Positions 1 to 8,249 of a DNA stretch of 35,012 nucleotides are shown here, in pieces. The notes beneath the pieces are model-generated. The model did not search any database and had not been told where the DNA came from. It saw only the letters and a program-made list of their open reading frames with translations. The stretch is from assembly GCA_050115425.1 (NCBI GenBank), contig JASFQN010000003.1:1-35012 (forward strand). The letters run 5' to 3'. Source of the DNA: Gammaproteobacteria bacterium (GTDB taxonomy: Bacteria; Pseudomonadota; Gammaproteobacteria; Natronospirales; JASFQN01). Each line of letters starts with the position of its first letter. The stretch's first letter is position 1. The translations under genes and the position numbers were made by a program.

Positions 1-245
1 GCGTCGATGAAGATGCCCTTGTCCTCCATGCCGGTGTAGTCGCCGAAACGGAAGGCGTCTTCGCCAATGTAGCCGAGTCCGGCGCCGACATCGCCGAACC
101 AGCCGGTGGGGAACACGCAGTACTTGCATTCCCAGCCGGAGGTATCGGGTTGATTGCTGTTGTTGTCCGATTCCGCTGCCGCGGCGGCGCCACCCGCCGC
201 GAGTGCCAGCGACATCAGCCCCAGGAGAATCGCTTTCCTGTTCAT
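1..245 (-). CDS. mtrB: MtrB/PioB-family decaheme-associated outer-membrane beta-barrel, N-terminal part (truncated by window edge)
   Basis: Not in the ORF track. Manual translation from ATG at 245 gives MNRKAILLGLMSLALAAGGAAAAAESDNNSNQPDTSGWECKYCVFPTGWFGDVGAGLGYIGEDAFRFGDYTGMEDKGIFID. It has a signal peptide, the W-x-CxxC motif and an FGDYTG motif typical of the MtrB N-terminus, a GGGAG-like RBS, and lies directly downstream of mtrA. Confidence 0.9.
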   Translation of the reverse strand, partial: MNRKAILLGLMSLALAAGGAAAAAESDNNSNQPDTSGWECKYCVFPTGWFGDVGAGLGYIGEDAFRFGDYTGMEDKGIFID

Positions 246-279
246 TTCCCTGCTCCCGTTGATCCCCGTCCTTCGGCCG

Positions 280-1278
280 TCAGCGTTGCAGCGTGGCGCC
301 GGAAGGGCTGTTCGAGCCATGCACCTGCGAATGACAGTTCAGACAACTGCCGCCGAGCAGGAACCCGGAAGGCATCCCCTGCCCCGGCAGCCCCGAGGGC
401 CCCTGGGCGATGCTGGGATGCCCCGCCGGCGAGTGACAGCTCTGGCAGAGCAGTGGCGCCTGGCGCGTGAGCATGGCGGGATGATTGGAGCCGTGCGGTG
501 AATGGCACAGCGTGCAGTCTTCCGAAGCCGGCTCGTGCTCCCAGAGGAACGGCCCGCGCTTGTCGGCGTGGCAGGTGTAGCAGGTCTGGTTCACCGTCGC
601 CTTGGTGAGGAGTTCGGGTCCGGTGGAACCATGCGGCGCGTGGCAGTCCGTACAGGCCATGTCGCCCTGCCGGACCGGATGCGCCGAAGCCTTGAACATG
701 TCGGTCCGCACATCCTTGTGGCAGGTGAGACAGACCTTGGGCTGCTCCGACTTGACCAGCACCGGGTCCTTCTCCGCATGGATGGTGTGGCAGCTCACGC
801 AGGCGATGTCCTCGCGCTGGTGAGTACTGCCATGCCACTGCATGAGCTGGTCGCCCTTGTGGCAGTTGGTGCACACCGCGTTTTCCTCGGCCACGCTGGC
901 CGGGGATTTGCTGCCGAAGAACGGAATCGGCGGCCGCGGCTGGCCCGGATGCAGACGCTTGGTATGGTCGCCGCCCGGACCGTGGCAGGTCTCGCATTGC
1001 AGATGGGCGAAAGGCGTTCTTTCGTCGGCCTTCACCGCATGCGGGGTCTTGAAGATGGAAAAGACCGGGTACTCGGAGTCCTGGTCGTGGCACCTGATGC
1101 AGGTGTCCGCTCCCTTGCGCGAATACTCCGGCGACCCGGCGCCCTGATCGGCCGCCTGCGCCGGAGCGATCGCTCCGAGAACCAGACACGCTGCCCCGAT
1201 GAGCAGCAGTCCGGTCCGGGTGCCTGCCCGGCGGGCGGCCCCCGGCCCTGCTGCCTTCTGCGAAGGTATCCCCTGCAT
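280..1278 (-). CDS. mtrA: MtrA/DmsE-family periplasmic decaheme cytochrome c
   Basis: Ten CxxCH motifs (CIRCH, CETCH, CTNCH, CVSCH, CLTCH, CTDCH, CYTCH, CTLCH, CQSCH, CLNCH), signal peptide, YSRKGADTC start, GPFLWEHEP, and C-terminal HGSNSPSG. Confidence 0.95.
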   Translation of the reverse strand: MQGIPSQKAAGPGAARRAGTRTGLLLIGAACLVLGAIAPAQAADQGAGSPEYSRKGADTCIRCHDQDSEYPVFSIFKTPHAVKADERTPFAHLQCETCHGPGGDHTKRLHPGQPRPPIPFFGSKSPASVAEENAVCTNCHKGDQLMQWHGSTHQREDIACVSCHTIHAEKDPVLVKSEQPKVCLTCHKDVRTDMFKASAHPVRQGDMACTDCHAPHGSTGPELLTKATVNQTCYTCHADKRGPFLWEHEPASEDCTLCHSPHGSNHPAMLTRQAPLLCQSCHSPAGHPSIAQGPSGLPGQGMPSGFLLGGSCLNCHSQVHGSNSPSGATLQR

Positions 1279-1318
1279 TTGGCTATCCGCCTTGTTGGTT
1301 GTTGTTTCCGACCGGGTT

Positions 1319-1353
1319 CCGGTCAGGCCCTGCCCGGGGCAGGACCTGACCGG
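1319..1353 (-). other. Intercistronic stem-loop between mtrC and mtrA
   Basis: CCGGUCAGGUCCUGCC-CCG-GGCAGGGCCUGACCGG on the mRNA strand: 16-bp stem with one G-U pair. No U-tract follows, so a stabilising or processing element is more likely than a terminator. Confidence 0.7.
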
Positions 1354-1360
1354 TTGCCCC

Positions 1361-3640
1361 TCACTCCTTGATGCCGTGCATGACCTTCACATCGGCAATC
1401 GCACCCGGACCGTGGCAGACCGCGCAGGTCTCGGTGACGGTGCCATCGTCGAGGAACTGCTGGAGCGTGGCGAAGCTCCCGCCGTTCTGGGTCATGTGCG
1501 TCTTCGTGAGCGTATCGTCATGACAGGCCGAGCACGCCGCCGCCGTGGGCGAGATCACATCGTCATCGGTGTGATCCTGCGCGGCCGCCAGCGGAATGAA
1601 GTCGCTGGTACCGAAGGGCGAAGCCGTGTTCACCGTGGCCTGCGTGTTCACCGTGGTACCCAGGACGTTATCGGCCAGCGGCAGTTCGTACGTTCCCGAG
1701 CGGTGACAGATCTCGCACTGGTTGAGCTCTCCCGGGAAGCGGACATCGGCAAAGTCATGGAAAGAGTTGCCGAAGCCGTAGACCGTGAAGTCCTCCTGCC
1801 GCATGCCGGCACCATGGATCGCATGAATCAGATACTTGACATCGATCTGGCGCTGCTCGATGCCATCGGTTGCCGCCGTGTTGATGCCATTGACCGTGCC
1901 ATCCGGATCCGCCGGGCGCATGGCCAGGTCGGTGTTCCTCGGATTGTGGCACACGGCGCAGAGCTGGACATTGTCCACACGGTTGCCACCGTGCATGGCC
2001 AGACCGTCGTTGGTGCCGTGGCATTTCTCGCACTTGGCCACATCCACCACTTCCCGTCGCGGCGTCGGCGTGGCATCGGTAATGGCGAAGAATTTCACCA
2101 CGCTGGTCACCGGGATGCGATCAGTGTAGGTGCCATCGCCGTCCAGGTCGGCCGCGGGATGACCTTCGAAGCCCACTGCACCGGATCCTGTAGCCGTGGT
2201 CGGGATAGGCGTGGGTGAGGTCAACGTGTAGGTGCCATCGCCATTGGCCGTGCCGTTGGCCACCGCATCGATGCTGATCGGCAACGCCGGATAGGATCCC
2301 GAGTCCGTATTGGTGTAGTCCGTCGTACTCCAGGCAATATCCAGATAGATCCGGCTGTTGCTGCCCGAGGTGAAGGGCGCCGTGCTCAGGTCGTACGGTG
2401 CATCGTTGTTGGTGGGATCCGTAATCGAGTAGGTAATCGTCGGCGACTGGCCCGGAGCCGTGTTCTGGATACTGATGATGTTGTACTTGAACTTGGCTGC
2501 CGCAACCTTGGTGCCGATCATGTGAACCTGGGGCACGCTGCCGGCCACACGGCCGTCCGCGTGGCAGACGGTGCAGGACGAGTTGTCCGTGACCACGCCA
2601 CCCGGATGCCCGCCCGGAATTCCCGCGGCGAAATCCACGTCGTCGTGGCACGCCCCGCAGGCCGCCATGTTGGGCTGCTCGGCGTACTTGATGGCGTCCG
2701 GCGTGTTCGGATTGTCGGGGTCGTGGCAGGTGGTGCAGTTACGCACATCCTGCGGGAAAGCCACATCCGAAAAGTCGTGCGCACTGTCGCGATAGCCGTA
2801 GATCACGTAGCTGCCGCCCGCCTGAACGCTGGGCAGGTTCTCGCCGTCGTGGATCTTGTGGATCATCACCTTGAAATCGACAGTATTGCCGCTGTTGGCA
2901 TCGGTCGTGCCCTTGTTGTGGCAGGTCTCGCACATGCGCACATCCTTGCGCGGGCCGCCGTGGGCTTCCAGCTCGGTGTGACAGTTGTTGCAACTGGCGG
3001 TCTCCACGATGGCGTCTTCCGGAATTCCGGTGGTCTTGCCGGTGGAGGGCTGGAAGGTGTAGATGCCATTGTTGTTGACGGTCGGGCCGTCATCCCAGCG
3101 GATTGCCAGCGCGACGCGCTGGGTCAGGGTCGGGTCGTAGTCCACCGCCACGGGGCTTGTGACATTGGTGATGTCGACGCCCATGGTATAGGTGTAGGTA
3201 CCGTCACCGTGGTTGACCAGCGTGCCGCCGGAATCCGTCGTCGCCTGCACCTCGTCCTGTGTGCCGGGTCCGACGCCGTTGGCGACCTCGATCGTGTTGT
3301 TGTAGTTCTGCCAGTGGTCGGGATCGCCGTTGGTTCCGGGAATCAGCTCGGCAACGGTGACTTCCAGCACGCCGTCCGGCAGGAAGGCATACCCCAGCCC
3401 GTCCTGATCGGTGAGCTTGAAGTCCACCGTGGAGGTGGCTCCCAGACTGACCTTGGTGATTGCGATGTTGAGGGAATCGGCCTTCTGGCTGATCGGCTGC
3501 CCGGGGGTTCCGGGATCGCCCTGCGCGCCCTGGGGACCCTGTGGACCAGTATCTCCCGTGGGACCGCAGCCTGTGAGAAGTAGAAGAATGCCGGCACAGA
3601 TTACACCGGCCAGTGACCCGAATCGTGCTGCCCTGCTCAT
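1361..3640 (-). CDS. mtrC: MtrC/OmcA-family outer-surface decaheme cytochrome c lipoprotein
   Basis: Lipobox LLTG-C. Ten CxxCH motifs in two blocks of five, separated by heme-free beta-rich domains (GDGTYTY motifs). First gene of mtrCAB. Confidence 0.93.
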   Translation of the reverse strand: MSRAARFGSLAGVICAGILLLLTGCGPTGDTGPQGPQGAQGDPGTPGQPISQKADSLNIAITKVSLGATSTVDFKLTDQDGLGYAFLPDGVLEVTVAELIPGTNGDPDHWQNYNNTIEVANGVGPGTQDEVQATTDSGGTLVNHGDGTYTYTMGVDITNVTSPVAVDYDPTLTQRVALAIRWDDGPTVNNNGIYTFQPSTGKTTGIPEDAIVETASCNNCHTELEAHGGPRKDVRMCETCHNKGTTDANSGNTVDFKVMIHKIHDGENLPSVQAGGSYVIYGYRDSAHDFSDVAFPQDVRNCTTCHDPDNPNTPDAIKYAEQPNMAACGACHDDVDFAAGIPGGHPGGVVTDNSSCTVCHADGRVAGSVPQVHMIGTKVAAAKFKYNIISIQNTAPGQSPTITYSITDPTNNDAPYDLSTAPFTSGSNSRIYLDIAWSTTDYTNTDSGSYPALPISIDAVANGTANGDGTYTLTSPTPIPTTATGSGAVGFEGHPAADLDGDGTYTDRIPVTSVVKFFAITDATPTPRREVVDVAKCEKCHGTNDGLAMHGGNRVDNVQLCAVCHNPRNTDLAMRPADPDGTVNGINTAATDGIEQRQIDVKYLIHAIHGAGMRQEDFTVYGFGNSFHDFADVRFPGELNQCEICHRSGTYELPLADNVLGTTVNTQATVNTASPFGTSDFIPLAAAQDHTDDDVISPTAAACSACHDDTLTKTHMTQNGGSFATLQQFLDDGTVTETCAVCHGPGAIADVKVMHGIKE

Positions 3641-3683
3641 GACCGCGCTCTCCCCTGCGGTTGCTTGTGTTGTTTTCCGCCTT

Positions 3684-3770
3684 CGGAACCCCTGATCCAG
3701 TCATGCAGTGCCAGGTGGGACGCTGTTCCATGCGTGGCAGAACATGTGCATGGCTGGATCAGAGGTCCCG
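3684..3770. repeat. 87-nt imperfect inverted repeat (long hairpin) upstream of mtrC
   Basis: Arms 3684-3707 and 3747-3770 pair at 21 of 24 positions. Inner stems TGCCA/TGGCA (3709-3713/3735-3739) and TGGGA/TTCCA. Confidence 0.75.
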
Positions 3771-3818
3771 TCCTTCCAGGCTCGGGGGCCATGAGACCAT
3801 ATCAGGTGCCGATTCCAG

Positions 3819-3832
3819 TTGATCTGCATCAA
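3819..3832. promoter_or_regulatory. FNR/CRP-family (FNR/Anr/Dnr-type) binding site between divergent mtrC and diheme cytochrome genes
   Basis: TTGAT-CTGC-ATCAA is a perfect FNR consensus. A -10-like TACCTT at 3856-3861 starts about 30 nt from the box centre, as expected for a class II promoter on the + strand. Confidence 0.85.
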
Positions 3833-3949
3833 CTCCGCCGGACCTTGTAATGAGCTACCTTTTGCACTGAAGATCCTCTCAGGAGGCAGGGAAGAACGAA
3901 CAAGCCTCACGGGAGCGGCAACAAGGACCATCAAGCGCGGGAGACAACC

Positions 3950-4567
3950 ATGTTCAAATCGACTCTTAGTACCCTGGCGGCCGTGGCACTGCTCGCCTTC
4001 GCCGGCTCGGCCATGGCGGGAGATGTGCCCGACGCAGCCAAGACCTGCTTCGACTGTCACGGCGAAAGCGGCGTAAGCAAGCACGAACACATCCCCACCA
4101 TCGCCGGCATGTCTTCCTGGTATCTCGAGGGCCAGATGCAGGCCTACCAGAAGGGCGACCGGCCCTGTGAGAAGATCAAGAACCCCACCGACGCTTCCAA
4201 GGGCGAAGAGGACATGTGCGATATCGCCAAGAAGCTGAGCGGTGACGAGATCACCAAGGTGGCGGAATATTTCGCCGGAGAGACGTTCGTACCCGCCAAG
4301 CAGACCTTCGATGCCGACAAGGCGGCGCTGGGCAAGAAGGTTCATGAACTGGAATGCGAGAAATGCCATTCCGAGGGCGGCTCCTACGCGGACGACGACG
4401 CCGGTATCCTCGCGGGCCAGTGGATCCCCTACCTGAGGCTCACCTTCAAGGAGTACGAAAGCGGCAAGCGCGTGATGCCCGAAAAGATGAAGCCCAAGAT
4501 GGACCAGCTCACCCCGGAACAGACCGAGGCGCTCATCCAGTACTACGCCAGCGAAGGCGCCAAGTAA
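3950..4567 (+). CDS. Periplasmic diheme cytochrome c (c4/FccA/PdsA-like shuttle)
   Basis: Sec signal ending AMA. Two CxxCH motifs (CFDCH, CEKCH), each followed by a c4-like PxIAG/ILAGQ..YL motif and a distal Met. RBS GGGAG. Confidence 0.88.
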   Translation: MFKSTLSTLAAVALLAFAGSAMAGDVPDAAKTCFDCHGESGVSKHEHIPTIAGMSSWYLEGQMQAYQKGDRPCEKIKNPTDASKGEEDMCDIAKKLSGDEITKVAEYFAGETFVPAKQTFDADKAALGKKVHELECEKCHSEGGSYADDDAGILAGQWIPYLRLTFKEYESGKRVMPEKMKPKMDQLTPEQTEALIQYYASEGAK

Positions 4568-4580
4568 CAGGGAGCCAACC

Positions 4581-5192
4581 ATGTCCGACGACAAGCCTGA
4601 CGGCAACAACAACAGCCAGCCGGGGCTCTGGTCACGCATCTGGCGCCAGCCGCGCCGGCGCTGGCTGCTGGGCATCCCGCTCGGCGGTCTGCTTGCCTTT
4701 CTCGTAGGCATCATGTTCTGGGGCGGTTTCAACACCGCCCTTGAACATACCGAGAGCCTGGCATTCTGTACGTCCTGCCATGACATGCAGGTGCCGTTCG
4801 AGGAGTACAAGCAGAGCATCCATTACACCAACGAAGCCGGCGTGCGTGCCGTGTGCAGCGATTGCCACGTGCCGGAAGGCACCTTCGCCCGCATCTGGCG
4901 CCATGTGAAGGCCAGCAAGGAAGTATGGAGCCATTTCACCGGCAAGATCGGCACGCCCGAGAAATACGAGAAGCACCGTGCGGAAATGGCGGCCAAGGTG
5001 GAGGCGGAAATGCGTGCAGACAATTCCGCCGGCTGTCGAAAATGCCACAGCTGGGATGCCATGAAACTCTCTGAACAGGGTCACCAGGCGGCCAAGAAGC
5101 ATTCGCCCGCGTGGCGCGAACGAACCGGCGATACGTGCATCGACTGTCACAAGGACGTCGCGCACCATTTGCCGAAGCCATCGGAACTCTGA
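4581..5192 (+). CDS. NapC/NirT-family tetraheme quinol dehydrogenase (CymA-like)
   Basis: One N-terminal TM helix (GIMFWGGFNTALEHT) and four CxxCH motifs (CTSCHDM, CSDCHVP, CRKCH, CIDCH). The first has the CxxCHxM NapC/NrfH signature. Confidence 0.93.
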   Translation: MSDDKPDGNNNSQPGLWSRIWRQPRRRWLLGIPLGGLLAFLVGIMFWGGFNTALEHTESLAFCTSCHDMQVPFEEYKQSIHYTNEAGVRAVCSDCHVPEGTFARIWRHVKASKEVWSHFTGKIGTPEKYEKHRAEMAAKVEAEMRADNSAGCRKCHSWDAMKLSEQGHQAAKKHSPAWRERTGDTCIDCHKDVAHHLPKPSEL

Positions 5193-5200
5193 GCCTGCAA

Positions 5201-5227
5201 CTGCCGGCGGCGCAATGCCGCCGGCAG
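5201..5227 (+). terminator. GC-rich stem-loop after the napC-like gene (weak terminator or mRNA stabiliser)
   Basis: CTGCCGGCGGC-GCAAT-GCCGCCGGCAG, a perfect 11-bp stem with only a poor U-tail (CTCCTTGT). Confidence 0.5.
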
Positions 5228-5240
5228 CTCCTTGTCACTG

Positions 5241-5693
5241 ATGCCCCGTTTCCACACCGCCAGAGAACTGCCCTACCCGCCCGAACGGCTCTTTGATCTG
5301 GTGATTGATGTGGAAGGCTATCCCGTTTTCGTCCCCGGCTACCATCGCGCCTGGATACTTGAGCGCGGCGAGGATTTTGTCGACGTCCGCCAGTCGGTTG
5401 GCTTCGACGGCTTGCGCATCGAGTATCGCTCGATCGCACACTTCAGGCGGCCGGACTGGATCACCATCAACAGCGAAGACGCGCCCTTTCGCCGACTTCA
5501 TACCGAGTGGCGCTTCATCCCGCACCAGGGTGGCTGTCGCGTGGACTGCTCAGTGGACTGGCAATTTCGCAGCATCGCGCTCGGGATGGTGGCCGGCCCC
5601 ATACTGGCCGGCATCTCGAGACGCATGGTCGAAGCATTTGTCACGCGGGCCGCCGCAGCCGATCAGGACCGCCCGCCCCCCGCTAGCCGATGA
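5241..5693 (+). CDS. Coq10/RatA (PasT)-family START-domain protein, putative quinone-binding
   Basis: LPYPPERLFDLVIDVEGYPVFVPG, PFRRLHTEWRF and MVEAFVTRA match the Coq10/RatA pattern. Start taken at ATG 5241 (the ORF track starts at TTG 5232). Confidence 0.85.
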   Translation: MPRFHTARELPYPPERLFDLVIDVEGYPVFVPGYHRAWILERGEDFVDVRQSVGFDGLRIEYRSIAHFRRPDWITINSEDAPFRRLHTEWRFIPHQGGCRVDCSVDWQFRSIALGMVAGPILAGISRRMVEAFVTRAAAADQDRPPPASR

Positions 5694-6591
5694 GAATACC
5701 CAATGCCGTCAACACCAGCGTTGCCATGATCACGCCCACATTCACGCCCATCCATGGCACCAGCCGATCCAGGTCGTCGGCATACCGGATCACGGACCGG
5801 GCCAGCACCACGGCAAGCGGTAGTGGCGCGAGTCCGATCAACGCCCATATCGGAAACAGCCCCGCCACCACGCCACCGATCAGCGTCAGGTAAGCCGCGA
5901 GGAGAAAGCCGGCGAATATCCATGCGCTGGGCTGTCGCCCCAGCACGATGGGCAAATGCCGCCGACCGGCTTCCCGGTCGGGCTCAACGTCGGGAAACTG
6001 ATTGAGCAGCAGCAGCTCGCCGACCAGGAAGAACGGCATCAACGACACCACGAAGGCGGCCCACGTGTAGGTTCCTGTCAGAGCAAAGCCGGTCCCCATG
6101 ACCATCAGCGGGCCGAAGCCGAGACCCGGCGCAAGAAGGCACAATAACGGATGGCGGGTAATCCACACGGTGTACACGGCCACCACGAGCAGGCCGACCA
6201 GGCCCAGGGGTAACAGCGCCAGGCCGCGCTCCGACAGAAAGTAGACGCCCACACCCGCTGCCAGGCCGAGGGTCACTATGCCCGCGTTCAAGGTCGCGGT
6301 CGCCGCTTCGGGATGCTCGGGCAACGTACCGCTGCCACCGCTGAAGGGCGTGCGCTTCGCCATGAGATCCAGCCCGCTCCTGAAGTCGCTGTATTCGTTC
6401 AGCAGGTTCACGCTGGCATGCGCGGCAAGCGCGCCGAGCAGGGCGAAAAACGCATCCGCCCAGCGTACCGCGGCACCCCGGTGTACGACGATCGCAAGAG
6501 CCAGGAAGATACAGACCGGCGTCAGAACGAGAAAATTGAGGCGCAGCGCGCCCAACAGATAACGCATGTTTTTCATGCGGTTATGCTCCAT
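5683..6591 (-). CDS. menA: UbiA-superfamily prenyltransferase, MenA-like (DHNA polyprenyltransferase)
   Basis: Multi-TM protein with Asp-rich motifs NEYSDFRSGLD and NQFPDVEPD and RTPFSGGSG. Last gene of the hydrogenase operon. Confidence 0.8.
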   Translation of the reverse strand: MEHNRMKNMRYLLGALRLNFLVLTPVCIFLALAIVVHRGAAVRWADAFFALLGALAAHASVNLLNEYSDFRSGLDLMAKRTPFSGGSGTLPEHPEAATATLNAGIVTLGLAAGVGVYFLSERGLALLPLGLVGLLVVAVYTVWITRHPLLCLLAPGLGFGPLMVMGTGFALTGTYTWAAFVVSLMPFFLVGELLLLNQFPDVEPDREAGRRHLPIVLGRQPSAWIFAGFLLAAYLTLIGGVVAGLFPIWALIGLAPLPLAVVLARSVIRYADDLDRLVPWMGVNVGVIMATLVLTALGILIG

Positions 6592-6604
6592 TTCTCATTC
6601 GATT

Positions 6605-7207
6605 TCAGGAAGAGACGGCGACCGACTCCGTATGTTCCGCGCCTGCGACCCAGCGTTGCGCGGCCCGCGCTACCCGGCGGCCCAGATGCTCGGCCGTGAG
6701 TCGGTCGCTGGCGGGCGGCACGGCCTCCGGCCCCTCGTCGATGTTGGACTGGGCCATGGCGCCCATCCAGCCTCCCAGGCGATTGAGTTCGTCGGCCGTG
6801 GAGTCTCTGGTTTCGTTGCCGCCCAGCAGGCCGAGGCTGATCCAGTGCATCCCGTGCTGAGCCGCGAACGCCACCATGTCCATCAGTGTATTGAGCTTGT
6901 CACCGCTCATGCTGCCGGAGTTCGTGAAGCCCGCGGCGAGCTTGCCATCCCAGGCCTGCTGGAAAAAGCGCTCCGCGGTCGCTTCCATGACTTCCTTCAA
7001 TCCCGCCGAGACACTGCCCATGTAGGTCGGCGCGCCAAAGATGATCGCATCCGACCGGTCCAGCACGTCCCAGTGTCGCTCGATCTCGGCGACCTGGATC
7101 AGATGCACTTCCGTACCGGGGACACTTTTCGCGCCCTTCTCGACCGCTTTTGCCTGTACTTGCGTGTGGCCGAAGCCACTGTGATAAAGAATTGCCACGC
7201 AGGCCAT
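6605..7207 (-). CDS. WrbA-like flavodoxin-fold protein (putative NAD(P)H:quinone oxidoreductase)
   Basis: YHSGFGHT FMN phosphate loop, IIFGAPTYMGSVS, WDGKLAAGFTNSG..SGDKLNTL. Strong RBS GGAGGAGAGG. Confidence 0.85.
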   Translation of the reverse strand: MACVAILYHSGFGHTQVQAKAVEKGAKSVPGTEVHLIQVAEIERHWDVLDRSDAIIFGAPTYMGSVSAGLKEVMEATAERFFQQAWDGKLAAGFTNSGSMSGDKLNTLMDMVAFAAQHGMHWISLGLLGGNETRDSTADELNRLGGWMGAMAQSNIDEGPEAVPPASDRLTAEHLGRRVARAAQRWVAGAEHTESVAVSS

Positions 7208-7273
7208 TCGTCCTCTCCTCCCTGAAACAAGGGCTTTCTTTCAGGAACGGCCGCCGGGCTCCGGCGACTCGCG

Positions 7274-8245
7274 TCAACGCGTCGACCGGCGGGACTGGCG
7301 CCCTGAGCGCAAGCGCCATGCCAGCAACCACAAAGCAGCCATCGCCAGGGTCAGTCCGACACCGAGGGTCGTGCTACCGGCCCATGACGTCAAGCTGGCA
7401 GGTACCGAGGCCGGCAGCAGCAGCTCGCACCAGCGGAGACCCGCCACGCCCAGGGCAATACAGACTGAAACCGCCGTCAGCAGAAGATTGAGTCTCAGAG
7501 TGCGCCCCTGGTCAGCAATGGCCCAGTCATAGAGACGCAGCATGAGCAGACCCTCGAGGGTGTCGGTGAGACTCATGCCGGCCATGAACAGCAGTGGAAA
7601 GGCCATGACTTCCCAGACCGAAAGCAGCCCGGTTTGCGCCGCTGTGACCGAGATGGCCAGCAACGCGATTTCGGATGCCGTATCGAAGCCGAGGCCGAAC
7701 AGCATCCCCAGCGGATACATCTTCCAGCTCCTGTCCACGCGCGCGAAAGACAGTCGAATCAGCGGGCGGAAGGACACCGTCGAAAGGTTCTCGCCATTGT
7801 CGCGCTGTTTCAGCAGGCGCCTCAGCAGAGCCAGGTTCAGGATTCCGATGACCGTGAGAAAGACTGCCGACACCATATTCGCCGTGATCGCCCCCAGGTG
7901 CGAGACGGACGGATCCAGCAGCGTGGCGGAATGTCCGGCGGCGAGAGCCAGCACCGCGGTGAGCGCGAACACGACCGTAGAATGGCCGAGGGAAAAGAAC
8001 AGGCCCACCGCTACCGGGCGCTGATCAAGCGCGCGCAAGCGGCGCGTCACATTGTCGATCGCGGCAATATGGTCGAGGTCGAAGGCATGCCGGACACCCA
8101 GGATATAGGCCAGAACGCCAATGCCGATACTCACCGCGCCGGCCTCGGCCAGACCGGCGAATGCCCCAAACGCCAGCAGATTGATGCCGGCCACCGTGGT
8201 GGCCAACATCATCAGGCGTCGGCGCATGGAGCGAACTTCGCCCAT
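7274..8245 (-). CDS. hoxN: HoxN/HupN/NixA (NiCoT) high-affinity nickel/cobalt permease
   Basis: Signatures RHAFDLDHIAAIDN, FFSLGHSTVV and LFGLGFDTASE, with multiple TM segments. Starts 4 nt after hydL. Confidence 0.9.
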   Translation of the reverse strand: MGEVRSMRRRLMMLATTVAGINLLAFGAFAGLAEAGAVSIGIGVLAYILGVRHAFDLDHIAAIDNVTRRLRALDQRPVAVGLFFSLGHSTVVFALTAVLALAAGHSATLLDPSVSHLGAITANMVSAVFLTVIGILNLALLRRLLKQRDNGENLSTVSFRPLIRLSFARVDRSWKMYPLGMLFGLGFDTASEIALLAISVTAAQTGLLSVWEVMAFPLLFMAGMSLTDTLEGLLMLRLYDWAIADQGRTLRLNLLLTAVSVCIALGVAGLRWCELLLPASVPASLTSWAGSTTLGVGLTLAMAALWLLAWRLRSGRQSRRSTR

Positions 8246-8249
8246 GGCC

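Noticed and set aside
3701-4819. 372-aa minus-strand ORF spanning the FNR box
   Set aside because: Antisense to the diheme and NapC-like genes and crosses the promoter region.
5241-5693. RatA as a toxin-antitoxin toxin
   Set aside because: No antitoxin partner, and the respiratory context fits a Coq10-like quinone-binding role better.
7221-7247. Small hairpin CCTGAAA...TTTCAGG beside the wrbA-like RBS
   Set aside because: The stem is short and barely touches the RBS, which is not enough to call a regulatory RNA or terminator.
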